A stretch of 64,000 nt of DNA from Candidatus Latescibacterota bacterium (GCA_965205975.1 OZ242195.1:2560001-2624000), one strand, 5' to 3'. Numbered from the stretch's first letter, positions 10,229 through 19,830 are shown. The notes: generated by a model not told the origin, from the sequence alone. Translations and numbers: made by a program.

Positions 10229-10267
10229 TCAGAAACGCAGTGTACTTTTATCGCGTCTTTTCCAACC

Positions 10268-10302
10268 AAAAACGCCTGAGCTATAACACTCAGGCGTTTT
10301 TT
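10268..10302. terminator. Bidirectional intrinsic terminator after the sigma-region-4 gene
   Basis: AAAAACGCCTGAG-N8-CTCAGGCGTTTTT perfect 13-bp inverted repeat. Confidence 0.85.
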
Positions 10303-10675
10303 AATTTGTAATGGCAATACCGTGTTTGCGGCAGAGTTTGCGAAGTTTTTTCACAGCACCGCCTATGGATTTTCCATTTCGCGTAATACCGAACAGATGC
10401 TGGCTGACCACCCTGCGCGAAATACCCATAATCTCGGAGATTTCCCGCTGGGTCTTGCCGTATTTGAAATACAAAACAGCAGCTTCAAATTGTCTTTGCG
10501 TAAGCGATTGATTTAAGAGCGTATCGATCTGCGGGAAGAGACGCCCAACCCGGTCTTCATATTTATAGCGCAAATTCTGGTCTTCGGGCGACTCGTACCA
10601 CAGGCCAACGTCATCCGGCATCATTTCCAGGTCTGATTGATCTAACTGAACTTCCCAAAAATCAGGATTATACAT
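10301..10675 (-). CDS. Small sigma-70 region 4-like HTH DNA-binding protein
   Basis: LTQRQFEAAVLYF.YGKTQREISEIMGISRRVVSQHL; no sigma region 2. Confidence 0.85.
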   Translation of the reverse strand: MYNPDFWEVQLDQSDLEMMPDDVGLWYESPEDQNLRYKYEDRVGRLFPQIDTLLNQSLTQRQFEAAVLYFKYGKTQREISEIMGISRRVVSQHLFGITRNGKSIGGAVKKLRKLCRKHGIAITN

Positions 10676-10683
10676 ATGTCCGT

Positions 10684-10825
10684 TCGTCTCCTCCAGGGAA
10701 TGAATATGTCGGGCGAAAAACCACCATACATACCAGACCCGCGGCTCCGGAGGGACGATAAAACTGCGACGGACAGATAGTGAATGACCGAAGCAGCTAC
10801 CTCACCGGAGGCGAACCGGGTATGT
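10684..10825 (-). promoter_or_regulatory. Structured 5' leader with alternative helices (candidate translational attenuator)
   Basis: Arm 10800-10825 pairs with 10728-10754; segment 10747-10758 can instead pair 12 bp with the SD region 10684-10696. Confidence 0.6.
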
Positions 10826-10859
10826 TATTAGTCGTAAATGCGAAAATTAAAGCCATCAT
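10797..10859 (-). CDS. Putative 20-aa leader peptide MMALIFAFTTNNIPGSPPVR
   Basis: SD GAAAGGAGG 4-7 nt before tandem ATGs; its 3' codons form one arm of the leader helix. Confidence 0.6.
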   Translation of the reverse strand: MMALIFAFTTNNIPGSPPVR

Positions 10860-10949
10860 GTTGCCTCCTTTCAAATAGACTTATGTAAACGATCACCCGT
10901 AAAACTGCGGGAATCTCACTGCATTGTCAAGACATACCTCCTCGCCCTT

Positions 10950-10971
10950 ACACCGGCATGGATGCACTTTT
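10950..10971. promoter_or_regulatory. 22-bp motif, copy 2 (ACACCGGCATGGATGCACTTTT)
   Basis: 20/22 identical to 10207-10228; about 90 nt upstream of the leader ORF. Confidence 0.6.
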
Positions 10972-10981
10972 GGGCGCCATA

Positions 10982-12322
10982 TCAAAAAGCTTTTTTCTTT
11001 CTCAATTCATCCCACCAATCCATAAGCGCGCGAATGTGCTTTTCATAGCCGCGATCTGTGGGATGATAATAGGTGCGGTCTCTCAAATTATCGGGAAAAT
11101 ACACCTGATCAATATAGCCATCCGGATCGTCATGTGCATATTGATACCCCTTGCCATAATCGAGATCTTTCATAAGCTTTGTCGGCGCATTGCGAATATG
11201 CAGAGGCACGGGCAAATTGGGATGTTTCTCAACATCGGAAAGCGCATTATTATACGCGGCATAAACGGCATTGCTCTTGGGAGCTGTAGCGAGATAAACC
11301 GTCGCCTGAGCAATGGATAGATCGCCCTCGGGACTGCCCAGAAAATCGTACGCCTCGCGGGCATTGAGCGCAACTTGCAAAGCGCGCGGATCAGCAACGC
11401 CCACATCTTCAGAAGCAAAGCGAATCATACGCCTCAAAATATAATGCGGATGCTCACCCGACGCCATCATACGCGCGAGCCAATACAGTGAGGCCTGTGG
11501 ATCGCTGCCGCGAAGACTCTTGTGAAAAGCCGAAATGATATTGTAATGCTCCTCCCCTGTCTTGTCGTAAAGATGAGCCTTGCGACCGAGAATTTCGCGC
11601 ACCGTTTCGGGCGTGGGTTCGCAACCCGTAGCCTCAACAGCCGCAGCAACGGTTTCAAGCGCGTTCAGAGACCGACGGGCATCGCCCTCCGCAGTTTCGG
11701 CAATGAGGTCCAAAGCCTGGTCATCAATCTGTAAATCGGGAAACCCGTGTTCCGAATCGGCAATAGCGCGGTCCAGCACCTGGCGAATATGGGACGTATC
11801 GAGCAAATTGAGCACAAAAACGCGAGTACGTGAAAGCAAGGCTGGATTGACCTCAAAAGAGGGATTTTCAGTAGTGGCACCAATAAGCGTAATAACACCA
11901 TTCTCCACATGCGGCAGAAAAGCATCTTGCTGCGCCTTGTTAAAACGGTGAATCTCATCCACAAAAAAGATGGTACGCCTGCCCAGGCGTCGTTCCTCTC
12001 GCGCCCGCGCAATAATCTCTCGCGCCTCCCGGATCCCCGCAGTAACCGCGCTAAAAGACACAAATCGGCTCTCCGTCGTACCCGCAATAACCCGGGCCAG
12101 CGTTGTCTTGCCCGAACCCGGTGGTCCCCAAAAAATCATGGACGGCAAGCGGTCGCTCTCGATAAGCACCCGAAGGGGCGCACCCGGCCCAACGAGGTGA
12201 TCCTGCCCCACAATATCGTCCAGCACCTGGGGACGCAGGCGTTCGGCCAGAGGCGCGTTTGCCATCTCCTGCTCGGCTTGCGACACGGGTTTTAAAAAAA
12301 GGTCTTCATTCATCAGTCTCAC
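10982..12322 (-). CDS. rarA: Replication-associated recombination protein A (MgsA/RarA)
   Basis: PLAERLRP, WGPPGSGKTT, DEIHRFNKAQQD, GATTENPSF, ISAFHKSLRGSD, APKSNA, PLHIRNAPT. Confidence 0.97.
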   Translation of the reverse strand: MRLMNEDLFLKPVSQAEQEMANAPLAERLRPQVLDDIVGQDHLVGPGAPLRVLIESDRLPSMIFWGPPGSGKTTLARVIAGTTESRFVSFSAVTAGIREAREIIARAREERRLGRRTIFFVDEIHRFNKAQQDAFLPHVENGVITLIGATTENPSFEVNPALLSRTRVFVLNLLDTSHIRQVLDRAIADSEHGFPDLQIDDQALDLIAETAEGDARRSLNALETVAAAVEATGCEPTPETVREILGRKAHLYDKTGEEHYNIISAFHKSLRGSDPQASLYWLARMMASGEHPHYILRRMIRFASEDVGVADPRALQVALNAREAYDFLGSPEGDLSIAQATVYLATAPKSNAVYAAYNNALSDVEKHPNLPVPLHIRNAPTKLMKDLDYGKGYQYAHDDPDGYIDQVYFPDNLRDRTYYHPTDRGYEKHIRALMDWWDELRKKKAF

Positions 12323-12442
12323 CTCTCGCCAAAATATACTCAGATTCCCATACTTTCGCCAATACTCGGAAAAGTGCTTGTGAACGCATCTATATTCGCT
12401 ATTTTGAAATCCATTCTCCCATCCCGATCATGAAAGGACCTT

Positions 12443-14626
12443 ATGATAGAAAAACACGACATGACAGAAGAACAAATTCGCAGATATTACGGCTGGGCAG
12501 AAATCAGTCCGGACCGCGCGGTTATCGCCGGAGGAACCGGCACATGGCGCATTGTATATCACGCGGGCAAATACGGAATAGACGATGGCGGCGTAATCAA
12601 AATCGCGTGGCGCGACGTGAGCGACTGGCAGCAACCGCAATTTGACGATCCCGCCGCGCCTGCTTATGCATCGGTCTCGACCACGGGACCGGCAACCTTA
12701 AAAGCCGTATTTGACAGACAGCGCTATATTCGACCGTGGCGGTATTGCGTGACCATCGATGTATTTGACGACTCATTGTCAGAAGGCGACACCATAACAC
12801 TAATACTGGGCGACACATCCGGCGGAAGCGCGGGCAGCCGTGCCCAAACCTTTTGCAAAGATGCATTTGAATTTCGCGTATCGGTTGACTGGTGCGGCAC
12901 ATGGGTATATACAGAAGTACCTTCCCCCAAAGTACCAATCGTAAGCGGTGCGCCCAATAAACTCATCGTACTGGGACCTTCTGAAACAACACCGGGAGAA
13001 AACACCTGGATCGGAGTAAAAGCCGAAGACATCTGGGGCAATCCGTGCGCTGAATACAGAGGCACGGTAAAAATCGACGCAGATGGCCTGGACGGATTAC
13101 CCGAAACTTATGTATTTCAGCCGGAGCATCGCGGTGTCAGGCGATTTGAAAATGTGACAGCCCCTGCAACAGGCATTTATCGCGTACGGGTCAGAGATGA
13201 AAACAGTAGCATTGAGACAGAATGCAATCCGCTAATATGCATTGAAACCCGCAAAGACGCGCAACCCTTTTGGGGGGATCTACACGGACAAAGCGAAGAA
13301 ACCGTGGGAACCAATCCGGTCTCATCCTACTTTCGTTTTGCACGCGAAAAAGCGTGGATAGATTTTGCAGGACATCAGGGAAATGACTTTCAAATTACAG
13401 AAGCAATCTGGAATGAAATCAAACACCAGGCAAATACACAGAATACTGCGGGCAAATTCGTCGCCTTTGTCGGTTGGGAATGGTCGGGCAACACACCTTC
13501 AGGCGGCGATCACAACGTCTATTATCCCGGCGACGATGGACCATTACACCGCTCCAGCCATGTCCTCATCGAAGACAAATCAGATATAGAAACAGATTGC
13601 CAGCACATAACCGACCTCTACCGCGCACTCAAGGGAAAAGACGCGCTGCTAATCCCCCATGTGGGCGGGCGCTATGCCAACCTGACCTGGCACGATCCAA
13701 ACCTGGAGACCGTAGTCGAGGTTTTATCTGAATGGGGAGAATTTGAATGGTTCTTAAAAGAAGCCCTTGAAAAAGGCTATCGCATCGGATTCACCTGCGG
13801 CAGTGACGACCACAAAGGCCGTCCGGGTGCCGCACATCCGGGCAGTGGCGCATTTGGTATCTACGGCGGAATCACATGTGTATATGCAAAAGAATTGACG
13901 CGAGAAAGCATCTGGGAAGCAATAAAAACAAGGCGGTGTTACGGCACCAGCGGACAGCGCATCCTCATAGACGTCACCGTCGGCGGACAGCCCATGGGAT
14001 CAGACCTGGCAACAAACATACCACCTGAAATCGCCGTCAGTGTTTGGGGCACTGCGCCCATAGAAAAAGTAGATATCTTCAGAGGCACAGAAATCATTTA
14101 TACACATCCCAAAACCATTCCCCGACATCAAACAGACATACGCATTGCGTGGTCCGGACAGCGCATCCGTGCGCGCAACCGACTCGTGCGCTGGGATGGC
14201 GAAGTAACGATAGACAAAGGGCGAATCACAGACGCCAGAGGCTTTGCCTTTGACTCGGCATCCGAAGGTATTCAATCTGTCAGCGACCAATCAGTAACCT
14301 GGACATCGGTAACAACCGGCGATGCCGACGGCATCATATTAACTCTGGATGCTCCCCCCGATGCAACAATCAAATTTGGAACACCCGTCTTGTCACATTC
14401 ACTGAGCCTTGCAGAAATCGCAAAAGGACCGGTTGTAATCGATGCTGGTGGCATTGATATGCAGGTCGTATTCGAATACAATCCCACAGGCATTGGACGT
14501 GACATCGCATTTACCCATACCGAGAGCCAGTTGCATCCCGGCTGTCATCCCTATTGGGTGCGCGTAACGCAAATTGATGGCGGGAAGGCGTGGGTAAGTC
14601 CAGTATATGTGAAGGATGAAGTGTGA
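12443..14626 (+). CDS. DUF3604-like PHP-fold metallohydrolase
   Basis: WGDLHGQSEET, HQGND, GWEWSG...GGDHNV, PHVGGR, GSDDH.GRPG, RRCYGTSG.RI, AWVSP. Confidence 0.75.
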   Translation: MIEKHDMTEEQIRRYYGWAEISPDRAVIAGGTGTWRIVYHAGKYGIDDGGVIKIAWRDVSDWQQPQFDDPAAPAYASVSTTGPATLKAVFDRQRYIRPWRYCVTIDVFDDSLSEGDTITLILGDTSGGSAGSRAQTFCKDAFEFRVSVDWCGTWVYTEVPSPKVPIVSGAPNKLIVLGPSETTPGENTWIGVKAEDIWGNPCAEYRGTVKIDADGLDGLPETYVFQPEHRGVRRFENVTAPATGIYRVRVRDENSSIETECNPLICIETRKDAQPFWGDLHGQSEETVGTNPVSSYFRFAREKAWIDFAGHQGNDFQITEAIWNEIKHQANTQNTAGKFVAFVGWEWSGNTPSGGDHNVYYPGDDGPLHRSSHVLIEDKSDIETDCQHITDLYRALKGKDALLIPHVGGRYANLTWHDPNLETVVEVLSEWGEFEWFLKEALEKGYRIGFTCGSDDHKGRPGAAHPGSGAFGIYGGITCVYAKELTRESIWEAIKTRRCYGTSGQRILIDVTVGGQPMGSDLATNIPPEIAVSVWGTAPIEKVDIFRGTEIIYTHPKTIPRHQTDIRIAWSGQRIRARNRLVRWDGEVTIDKGRITDARGFAFDSASEGIQSVSDQSVTWTSVTTGDADGIILTLDAPPDATIKFGTPVLSHSLSLAEIAKGPVVIDAGGIDMQVVFEYNPTGIGRDIAFTHTESQLHPGCHPYWVRVTQIDGGKAWVSPVYVKDEV

Positions 14627-14634
14627 AGATAGCT

Positions 14635-14877
14635 TCACAGGCTATGCCATTCTTCAGCGGAAATGCTGCGATTAATCACAGGCAGGTCATCCCCGTGACG
14701 CAACGCGGAAATCAACCAGTCTTGAAGTGCCGCTTTGAGTTCCTGACGGCACGCTTCAAGTGTCTGTCCAAAAGCAATCGTACCCGGGCATTTGGGAATT
14801 TCACCAGAAAATGAATTATCAGCCAATTTGTCATAGACAGCGTATTTTAATGCTGAGTCCATGTAGTCTTGAATCAT
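14635..14877 (-). CDS. hicB: HicB-family antitoxin (short, no adjacent hicA)
   Basis: GEIPKCPG.IAFGQTLEACRQEL..AL.DW....LR.G..LP. Confidence 0.8.
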   Translation of the reverse strand: MIQDYMDSALKYAVYDKLADNSFSGEIPKCPGTIAFGQTLEACRQELKAALQDWLISALRHGDDLPVINRSISAEEWHSL

Positions 14878-15058
14878 CTCGTCTCTCGTGGAGGTCGCGA
14901 TTGGATGGTTAAACATATCGAATTAGATCCTTGATTGGAACTGAGGTGATCCATTATTTTTACGATACAAATCTGCAAGAATTTAACCTGTACCATATTG
15001 CCTGTCAAGAGAGCATAAAATCAATTTTCAGATACGTAGCCCCTCAAAGGAGATATAA

Positions 15059-16030
15059 ATGAACGAATATGCAGTCACATTCACCGAACGCGAAACCGCC
15101 AAACTACTACCAGTTGAAATCGATACAGACGCGATCGGTGCAAACGAAGTCGCGGGTCATACCCTTGCAACCCTCATCAGCGCGGGCACGGAATTAAACA
15201 GCGGGTATCTCGGCAACAATTTTCCCAGACAATCGGGATACGCAGCTGCCTTCAAAGTTGAAAAAGTGGGGGAAAATGTCGCGGACATATCGCCGGGCGA
15301 CCTCGCCTTCTGCCCGGGCAATCACGCATCCTACCAGCGAAAACCCGCCTCGCAGGTCATTCGCCTACCCGACAACCTCACGCCTGAAATAGCTGTATTT
15401 GCCCGCATGATGGGTGTCTCAATGACCACCCTCACAACCACCTCGGCGCGGCCACCCGCCAAAATACTCATCACTGGACTCGGCCTCGTTGGCCATCTCG
15501 CAGCCAAAAACTTTCAAGCCTGTGGCTACGAAGTCTATGCCTGTGATCCGGTTGCCTCGCGGCGGCAAATTGCCTCAGAAACGGGAATTCACAATGTGCT
15601 GGATGCTGTACCACTGGAAAATACCGAACTCTCGGGCCAATTTCACCTCGCCATTGAATGCTCTGGACACGAACAGGCTCTGCTCGACGCAGCAGGCGCC
15701 GTGAGAAAACGCGCCGAAGTCGTCTGCATTGCCTCCCCCTGGCGCCGATACACGGACCTGCTCATACACGACTTGCACCACCTCATCTTCTTTAACTACG
15801 TCACCGTTCGCAGCGGCTGGGAATGGGAACTGCCGCGCCAGCCGGAAGACTTTCGAACCAACAGCGTTTTTGAAAACTTTGCTGGTGCCCTCAAATGGTT
15901 GGCCGAGGACCGCGTCAATGTCGAAGGCATCTACACAAAATACGATCCCGAAAGATGCCAGCAGGCATATCGTGACCTTTTGCACAAAAAAACCGAACGC
16001 CTCGCGGTCGTCTTTGACTGGACGACTTGA
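15059..16030 (+). CDS. Zinc-binding alcohol dehydrogenase-like (MDR superfamily) protein
   Basis: ISAGTE, GY....VE.VG..V, ITGLGLVG dinucleotide motif, IECSG. Confidence 0.8.
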   Translation: MNEYAVTFTERETAKLLPVEIDTDAIGANEVAGHTLATLISAGTELNSGYLGNNFPRQSGYAAAFKVEKVGENVADISPGDLAFCPGNHASYQRKPASQVIRLPDNLTPEIAVFARMMGVSMTTLTTTSARPPAKILITGLGLVGHLAAKNFQACGYEVYACDPVASRRQIASETGIHNVLDAVPLENTELSGQFHLAIECSGHEQALLDAAGAVRKRAEVVCIASPWRRYTDLLIHDLHHLIFFNYVTVRSGWEWELPRQPEDFRTNSVFENFAGALKWLAEDRVNVEGIYTKYDPERCQQAYRDLLHKKTERLAVVFDWTT

Positions 16031-16143
16031 GATCCACAGTTAGACACAACCTTAAAATAAGGAGATGACAACCAAATAGCTCCGAGTTTGTGTTTCACAG
16101 TTTCACTCTTAGAGCCGGGGGAACTCTTACAAGGAGGGTTGTC

Positions 16144-17069
16144 ATGTCGAGATGTATTCGCAGTATCGTCGCGGTCTCACTCGCAGCAGGCGTGATATTG
16201 AGCTGTGGCAGCGAGCGCGTGACCCAGTCGCAGGTGGCAGATGAGCAGGTCGGACAGCCATTGAGCAAATTGGTTGCGGACCACCATACATCATCCGCTG
16301 TAGTGATGGCTACTTTGCGACAGGATGACGCGCCCGTAAGCGATGCCACAATCGAATTTTCGCATTCTATTGCGGGGCAGGCCCCAGATTACGCATGGTC
16401 TGGGACCACCGATGACAATGGTCAGGCGCGCGTGGAGATTATGTCACACAATGTGTCGGGTTATTACCAGGTGCGTGCCATAAAGGACGGGAACACAATC
16501 GGTTCCTGGTCGAGCATACCAATTAACGGAGGTTATGAAATAATGCTCGACTTGCCCGTTGAAGGAAAAGCATATGTAATGGGTTCGACCCCAATAAAAC
16601 CAGAGGATCCGCCAACCCAATTTACCGTGCGTATCGAGAACATCTCACCCACTTTTCCCTTTATAAGGAGCGGGGCTTTTGCCGTGCCATCGGGCGCAGA
16701 TGGTCCCGGCCCACTCCCGCCGGGCCAGTCCTATGGATTCTCGTTTGAAGCACCACCGGGAACCAAATTATCCTTTGCCACGATGTTTGTGCAGTCCAAC
16801 GATCTATTCTATGCCCCGATGAATCTGGCATCGCGCTCTGGGATGATGCGGGCAATCGCATTTCGGGCGATGTAACGGACCAGATAATGTTGTGGGATTC
16901 GGGCACAGAAGTGAATCAAGCGATCGGCATGGGTGCAGATCAGGCGCCGCGTCAAAGCGGTGCAAATACGGGTGCGGCTGATGAAGATAACACCGTCCGC
17001 ATCACCATGGGCGACGACATCCCCGCGGTTGACAGCATAATCCGCGTGACGATCATGACGAATAATTAA
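16144..17069 (+). pseudogene. Spondin_N-domain lipoprotein split by a -1 frameshift at C4 16814-16817 (pseudogene or sequencing error)
   Basis: Lipobox ILSC; FTVRIEN, LSFATMFVQSNDLFYAP continuing in the shifted frame as DESGIALWD...LWDSGTEVNQ...QAPRQ. Confidence 0.8.
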
Positions 17070-17102
17070 CTGACGTTACGCAACAGTTTGTATTATATTT
17101 TA

Positions 17103-17130
17103 TAGGAGAGGGTTTGAAACCCTCTCCTAC
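17103..17130 (-). repeat. GTAG-type REP palindrome
   Basis: Minus strand GTAGGAGAGGGTTTCAAACCCTCTCCTA. Confidence 0.7.
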
Positions 17131-17243
17131 TCATTGAATCAATCATAAATGTTGAAGAAGAAAATATTATTCGCCACATCAAAACGTTACAATCAAGGGC
17201 TTGCCTGCACCTTCCTGTTGATACAAAGCAAAGGATATAAAAT

Positions 17244-17756
17244 TTGGTAAATCATCCGAACGGATATCAAATTCGTTTTTGGCAAGAGATAGTCCAACTC
17301 CGCGTCCACATTTTCTATTTAGAACAATATCATATTTCAGCAGAGAGGTATGAAAAGTGGATCAATATATTTTTAGCCATTGTGTCAAATGGAAGTATTG
17401 CGGCATGGGCTATTTGGCAGAAGTACCCTTTTGCTTGGGCTTTACTAATCGGCTTATCTCAAGTGTTCAACGCAATTCGTCCATATCTTCCTTTTCAGGT
17501 ACGATCGAAAACAATTTCGAAAATAAACCTTGAACTTAAGGACCTTGCGCTTCATGCCGAGCGCAAGTGGTATGCTGTCTCTGAAGGTTTGCTCACCAGT
17601 GAACAGATTCATGAAGAGACTATGGATATCAAAGAAAGAAAAAGCAAAATGGAAAGTACATTTTTTGGTTCTTCGCCATTGCCGCACAAAGATGCTTTTC
17701 TGAAGAATGCGGAAGACCAGGCCAAAGTGTATTTTCGTTCAAATTATAATGTATGA
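17244..17756 (+). CDS. Two-TM membrane protein, SLATT-like
   Basis: AT-rich; two adjacent hydrophobic helices (WINIFLAIVSNGSIAAWAIW / FAWALLIGLSQVFNAI) followed by a helical tail. Confidence 0.6.
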   Translation: MVNHPNGYQIRFWQEIVQLRVHIFYLEQYHISAERYEKWINIFLAIVSNGSIAAWAIWQKYPFAWALLIGLSQVFNAIRPYLPFQVRSKTISKINLELKDLALHAERKWYAVSEGLLTSEQIHEETMDIKERKSKMESTFFGSSPLPHKDAFLKNAEDQAKVYFRSNYNV

Positions 17757-17773
17757 ATGTATAGGAGGCACAT

Positions 17774-17935
17774 ATGCGATCAACAAGACACAACCCAGCA
17801 ACGCCTTCGCCCCAGGAAGAGGGAAAGAGTCGCGAGGACCATTTTAGTCTTCCACCGTCGTCTGTAGAAATACAGATGCCGCCTACAAAGCCACCCAAAG
17901 AGGATACGACGGAGGACACAGGCAGTGCCAAGTAA
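17774..17935 (+). CDS. 53-aa Pro/charged-rich small protein (MRSTRHNPATPSPQEEGKS...MPPTKPPKEDTTEDTGSAK)
   Basis: SD AGGAGG 5 nt before ATG; 17 nt after the SLATT-like gene; below the ORF-track cutoff. Confidence 0.6.
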   Translation: MRSTRHNPATPSPQEEGKSREDHFSLPPSSVEIQMPPTKPPKEDTTEDTGSAK

Positions 17936-18010
17936 GCCACTTTCTGGCACAACCTGTGTTGCATGTGTATCAAAATAGCATCAGGATTTGCGAACCTATA
18001 TTGTGTAACT

Positions 18011-18772
18011 TTAGATATGCATACGCAACATGGGACGGCCGAATGAAACGGGCATGTACTCCCCGGTTTTGTGGCGTTTTGTACCGGGGATCATAAAGTG
18101 GATGGCAAAGGCACGACGCTGGCGTTCCGTGTGATTGGGCGGTGTGTAGTGCAGGGTTTGGCAATGGTGAAACATAACACCACCGGCGGGCAATTCGACA
18201 ATTTCGGCTCTGGATATCTCCACCTGATCTTCGAGATCAAACAGCGCATCGGTTTGAGATGAACGCTCATGGGTAAATGGCCGAAGATGAGAGCCGGGAA
18301 TAACGTGCATAGCTCCGTTCTCTACATCGGCATCGTCCAGAGTGAGCCAGCATGAGACGAGATTCGCTGGCATACATTGCCAGTACCCATTGTCTTGATG
18401 CCAGAAAACCGCATCTCCATTGTGTGCGGGCTTGAAGAGCGCCTGATCGTGGAAAAGTTGAATATTTGGACCAATGAGCGCCTCGGCAATATCGAGTATG
18501 GGATCATAGTAGATCAGTTCCCGATAGTGCAGGTTGCGCTCACACATTTGCATAATTTGTAGCATTTGTGTGGGCGCCTTGTTTTTTTCACTGAGATCAT
18601 CGGTATTGCTAATAGCGAGATTGCGAAAGCGGTTATCCTTACGCGCGGCTGCAAATTCGCGGTCGTATTCCCGGCGCAATATCTCAATGTGTTCATCCTC
18701 AAGAAGTTTGCCAATCGAGAGATAACCGTTCTGAAAAAAAAATTCGACTTGCTCCGGAGATAATGCAGACAT
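18011..18772 (-). CDS. Phytanoyl-CoA dioxygenase (PhyH) family Fe(II)/2OG enzyme
   Basis: WHQD, NGAMHVIPGSH, FHHCQTLH...N....RRA. Confidence 0.92.
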   Translation of the reverse strand: MSALSPEQVEFFFQNGYLSIGKLLEDEHIEILRREYDREFAAARKDNRFRNLAISNTDDLSEKNKAPTQMLQIMQMCERNLHYRELIYYDPILDIAEALIGPNIQLFHDQALFKPAHNGDAVFWHQDNGYWQCMPANLVSCWLTLDDADVENGAMHVIPGSHLRPFTHERSSQTDALFDLEDQVEISRAEIVELPAGGVMFHHCQTLHYTPPNHTERQRRAFAIHFMIPGTKRHKTGEYMPVSFGRPMLRMHI

Positions 18773-18791
18773 TGTGTGCTCCTATCAAAAA

Positions 18792-19814
18792 CTAATCCAA
18801 CAACTCCTCTGTATAAGCAAATAACGCAGGCGTCCCTCCCGTATGCACCATCACCACCGTCTCATCTTTGCCAATCTCGCCCTGGTTCACCATATCGATC
18901 AAACCCGCCAGCGTCTTGCCCGTATAAATCGGCTCCAGCAAAATCCCCTCTGTTCGCGCCAATAACCGTATCGCGTCATTGCCCTCGGGTGAACAATACC
19001 CATATCCCTGATCGCCGACATATCGATCCACATTTTCAATCATAGATTCATCAAACGCGACATCCACATCCAGAATCTCCGCCATTTTTCTCAATACACC
19101 TAAAAATGCGTCTTTGAGATCATAAGACCACAAAATAGGTCTCACCCCCACAATCCGCACATCCAGACCCAAAACGGTCTTCCCAAAAATCAAGCCGGGC
19201 TGTGTACAACTACCAGAACACACAACAACAGTCGTAGGCGTTTCGCCTATCGCATCGAACTGATCCATCATCTCTGCCATACACAGCGCGTAACCCATTG
19301 CGCCAAACGGGCGATTGGCCGCTTGCATCACCACAAAAGGCTTGCGCCCTGCGCGCTCAAATTTTTCGATCAATGCCTGCTTGGCATCGTCCAACAACTC
19401 CTGCGTTTCAACATCGATCAGATCGACATAAGCACCCAATAAATTATCCAACAGCAAATTGCCCTGCGTACTTCCGCTCTTGTGATCCTTCACCAGAACC
19501 AGCGCACAATCCACCCCCAACTTTGCCGCTGCCGCCGCCAACTGCCGGCTGTGATTGGACTGAGACCCCGCCCCACCGATAAGCACATCCGCACCGCGAA
19601 CCAGACCTTGTGCAATCGTAAACTCCAACTGCCGCGTCTTATTGCCGCCAAATGCCAGCCCCGTACAATCATCGCGTTTCATATAAATCTTGGGACCCCC
19701 AACCGCTTCAGTCAACCGCTCACAAAACTCGAGCGGCGTGGGCAAATGCCCCAGAGACACACGCGGCACCTTGCCAATGCGTGCTCTCAGTTCGTCACGG
19801 GAAATAACAGCCAT
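18792..19814 (-). CDS. D-cysteine desulfhydrase / ACC deaminase family PLP enzyme
   Basis: PTPL, KRDDCTGLAFGGNKTR, QSNH, EGILLEPIYTGK, HTGG.PALF. Confidence 0.92.
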   Translation of the reverse strand: MAVISRDELRARIGKVPRVSLGHLPTPLEFCERLTEAVGGPKIYMKRDDCTGLAFGGNKTRQLEFTIAQGLVRGADVLIGGAGSQSNHSRQLAAAAAKLGVDCALVLVKDHKSGSTQGNLLLDNLLGAYVDLIDVETQELLDDAKQALIEKFERAGRKPFVVMQAANRPFGAMGYALCMAEMMDQFDAIGETPTTVVVCSGSCTQPGLIFGKTVLGLDVRIVGVRPILWSYDLKDAFLGVLRKMAEILDVDVAFDESMIENVDRYVGDQGYGYCSPEGNDAIRLLARTEGILLEPIYTGKTLAGLIDMVNQGEIGKDETVVMVHTGGTPALFAYTEELLD

Positions 19815-19830
19815 CGTCTAAACCTCCTCA

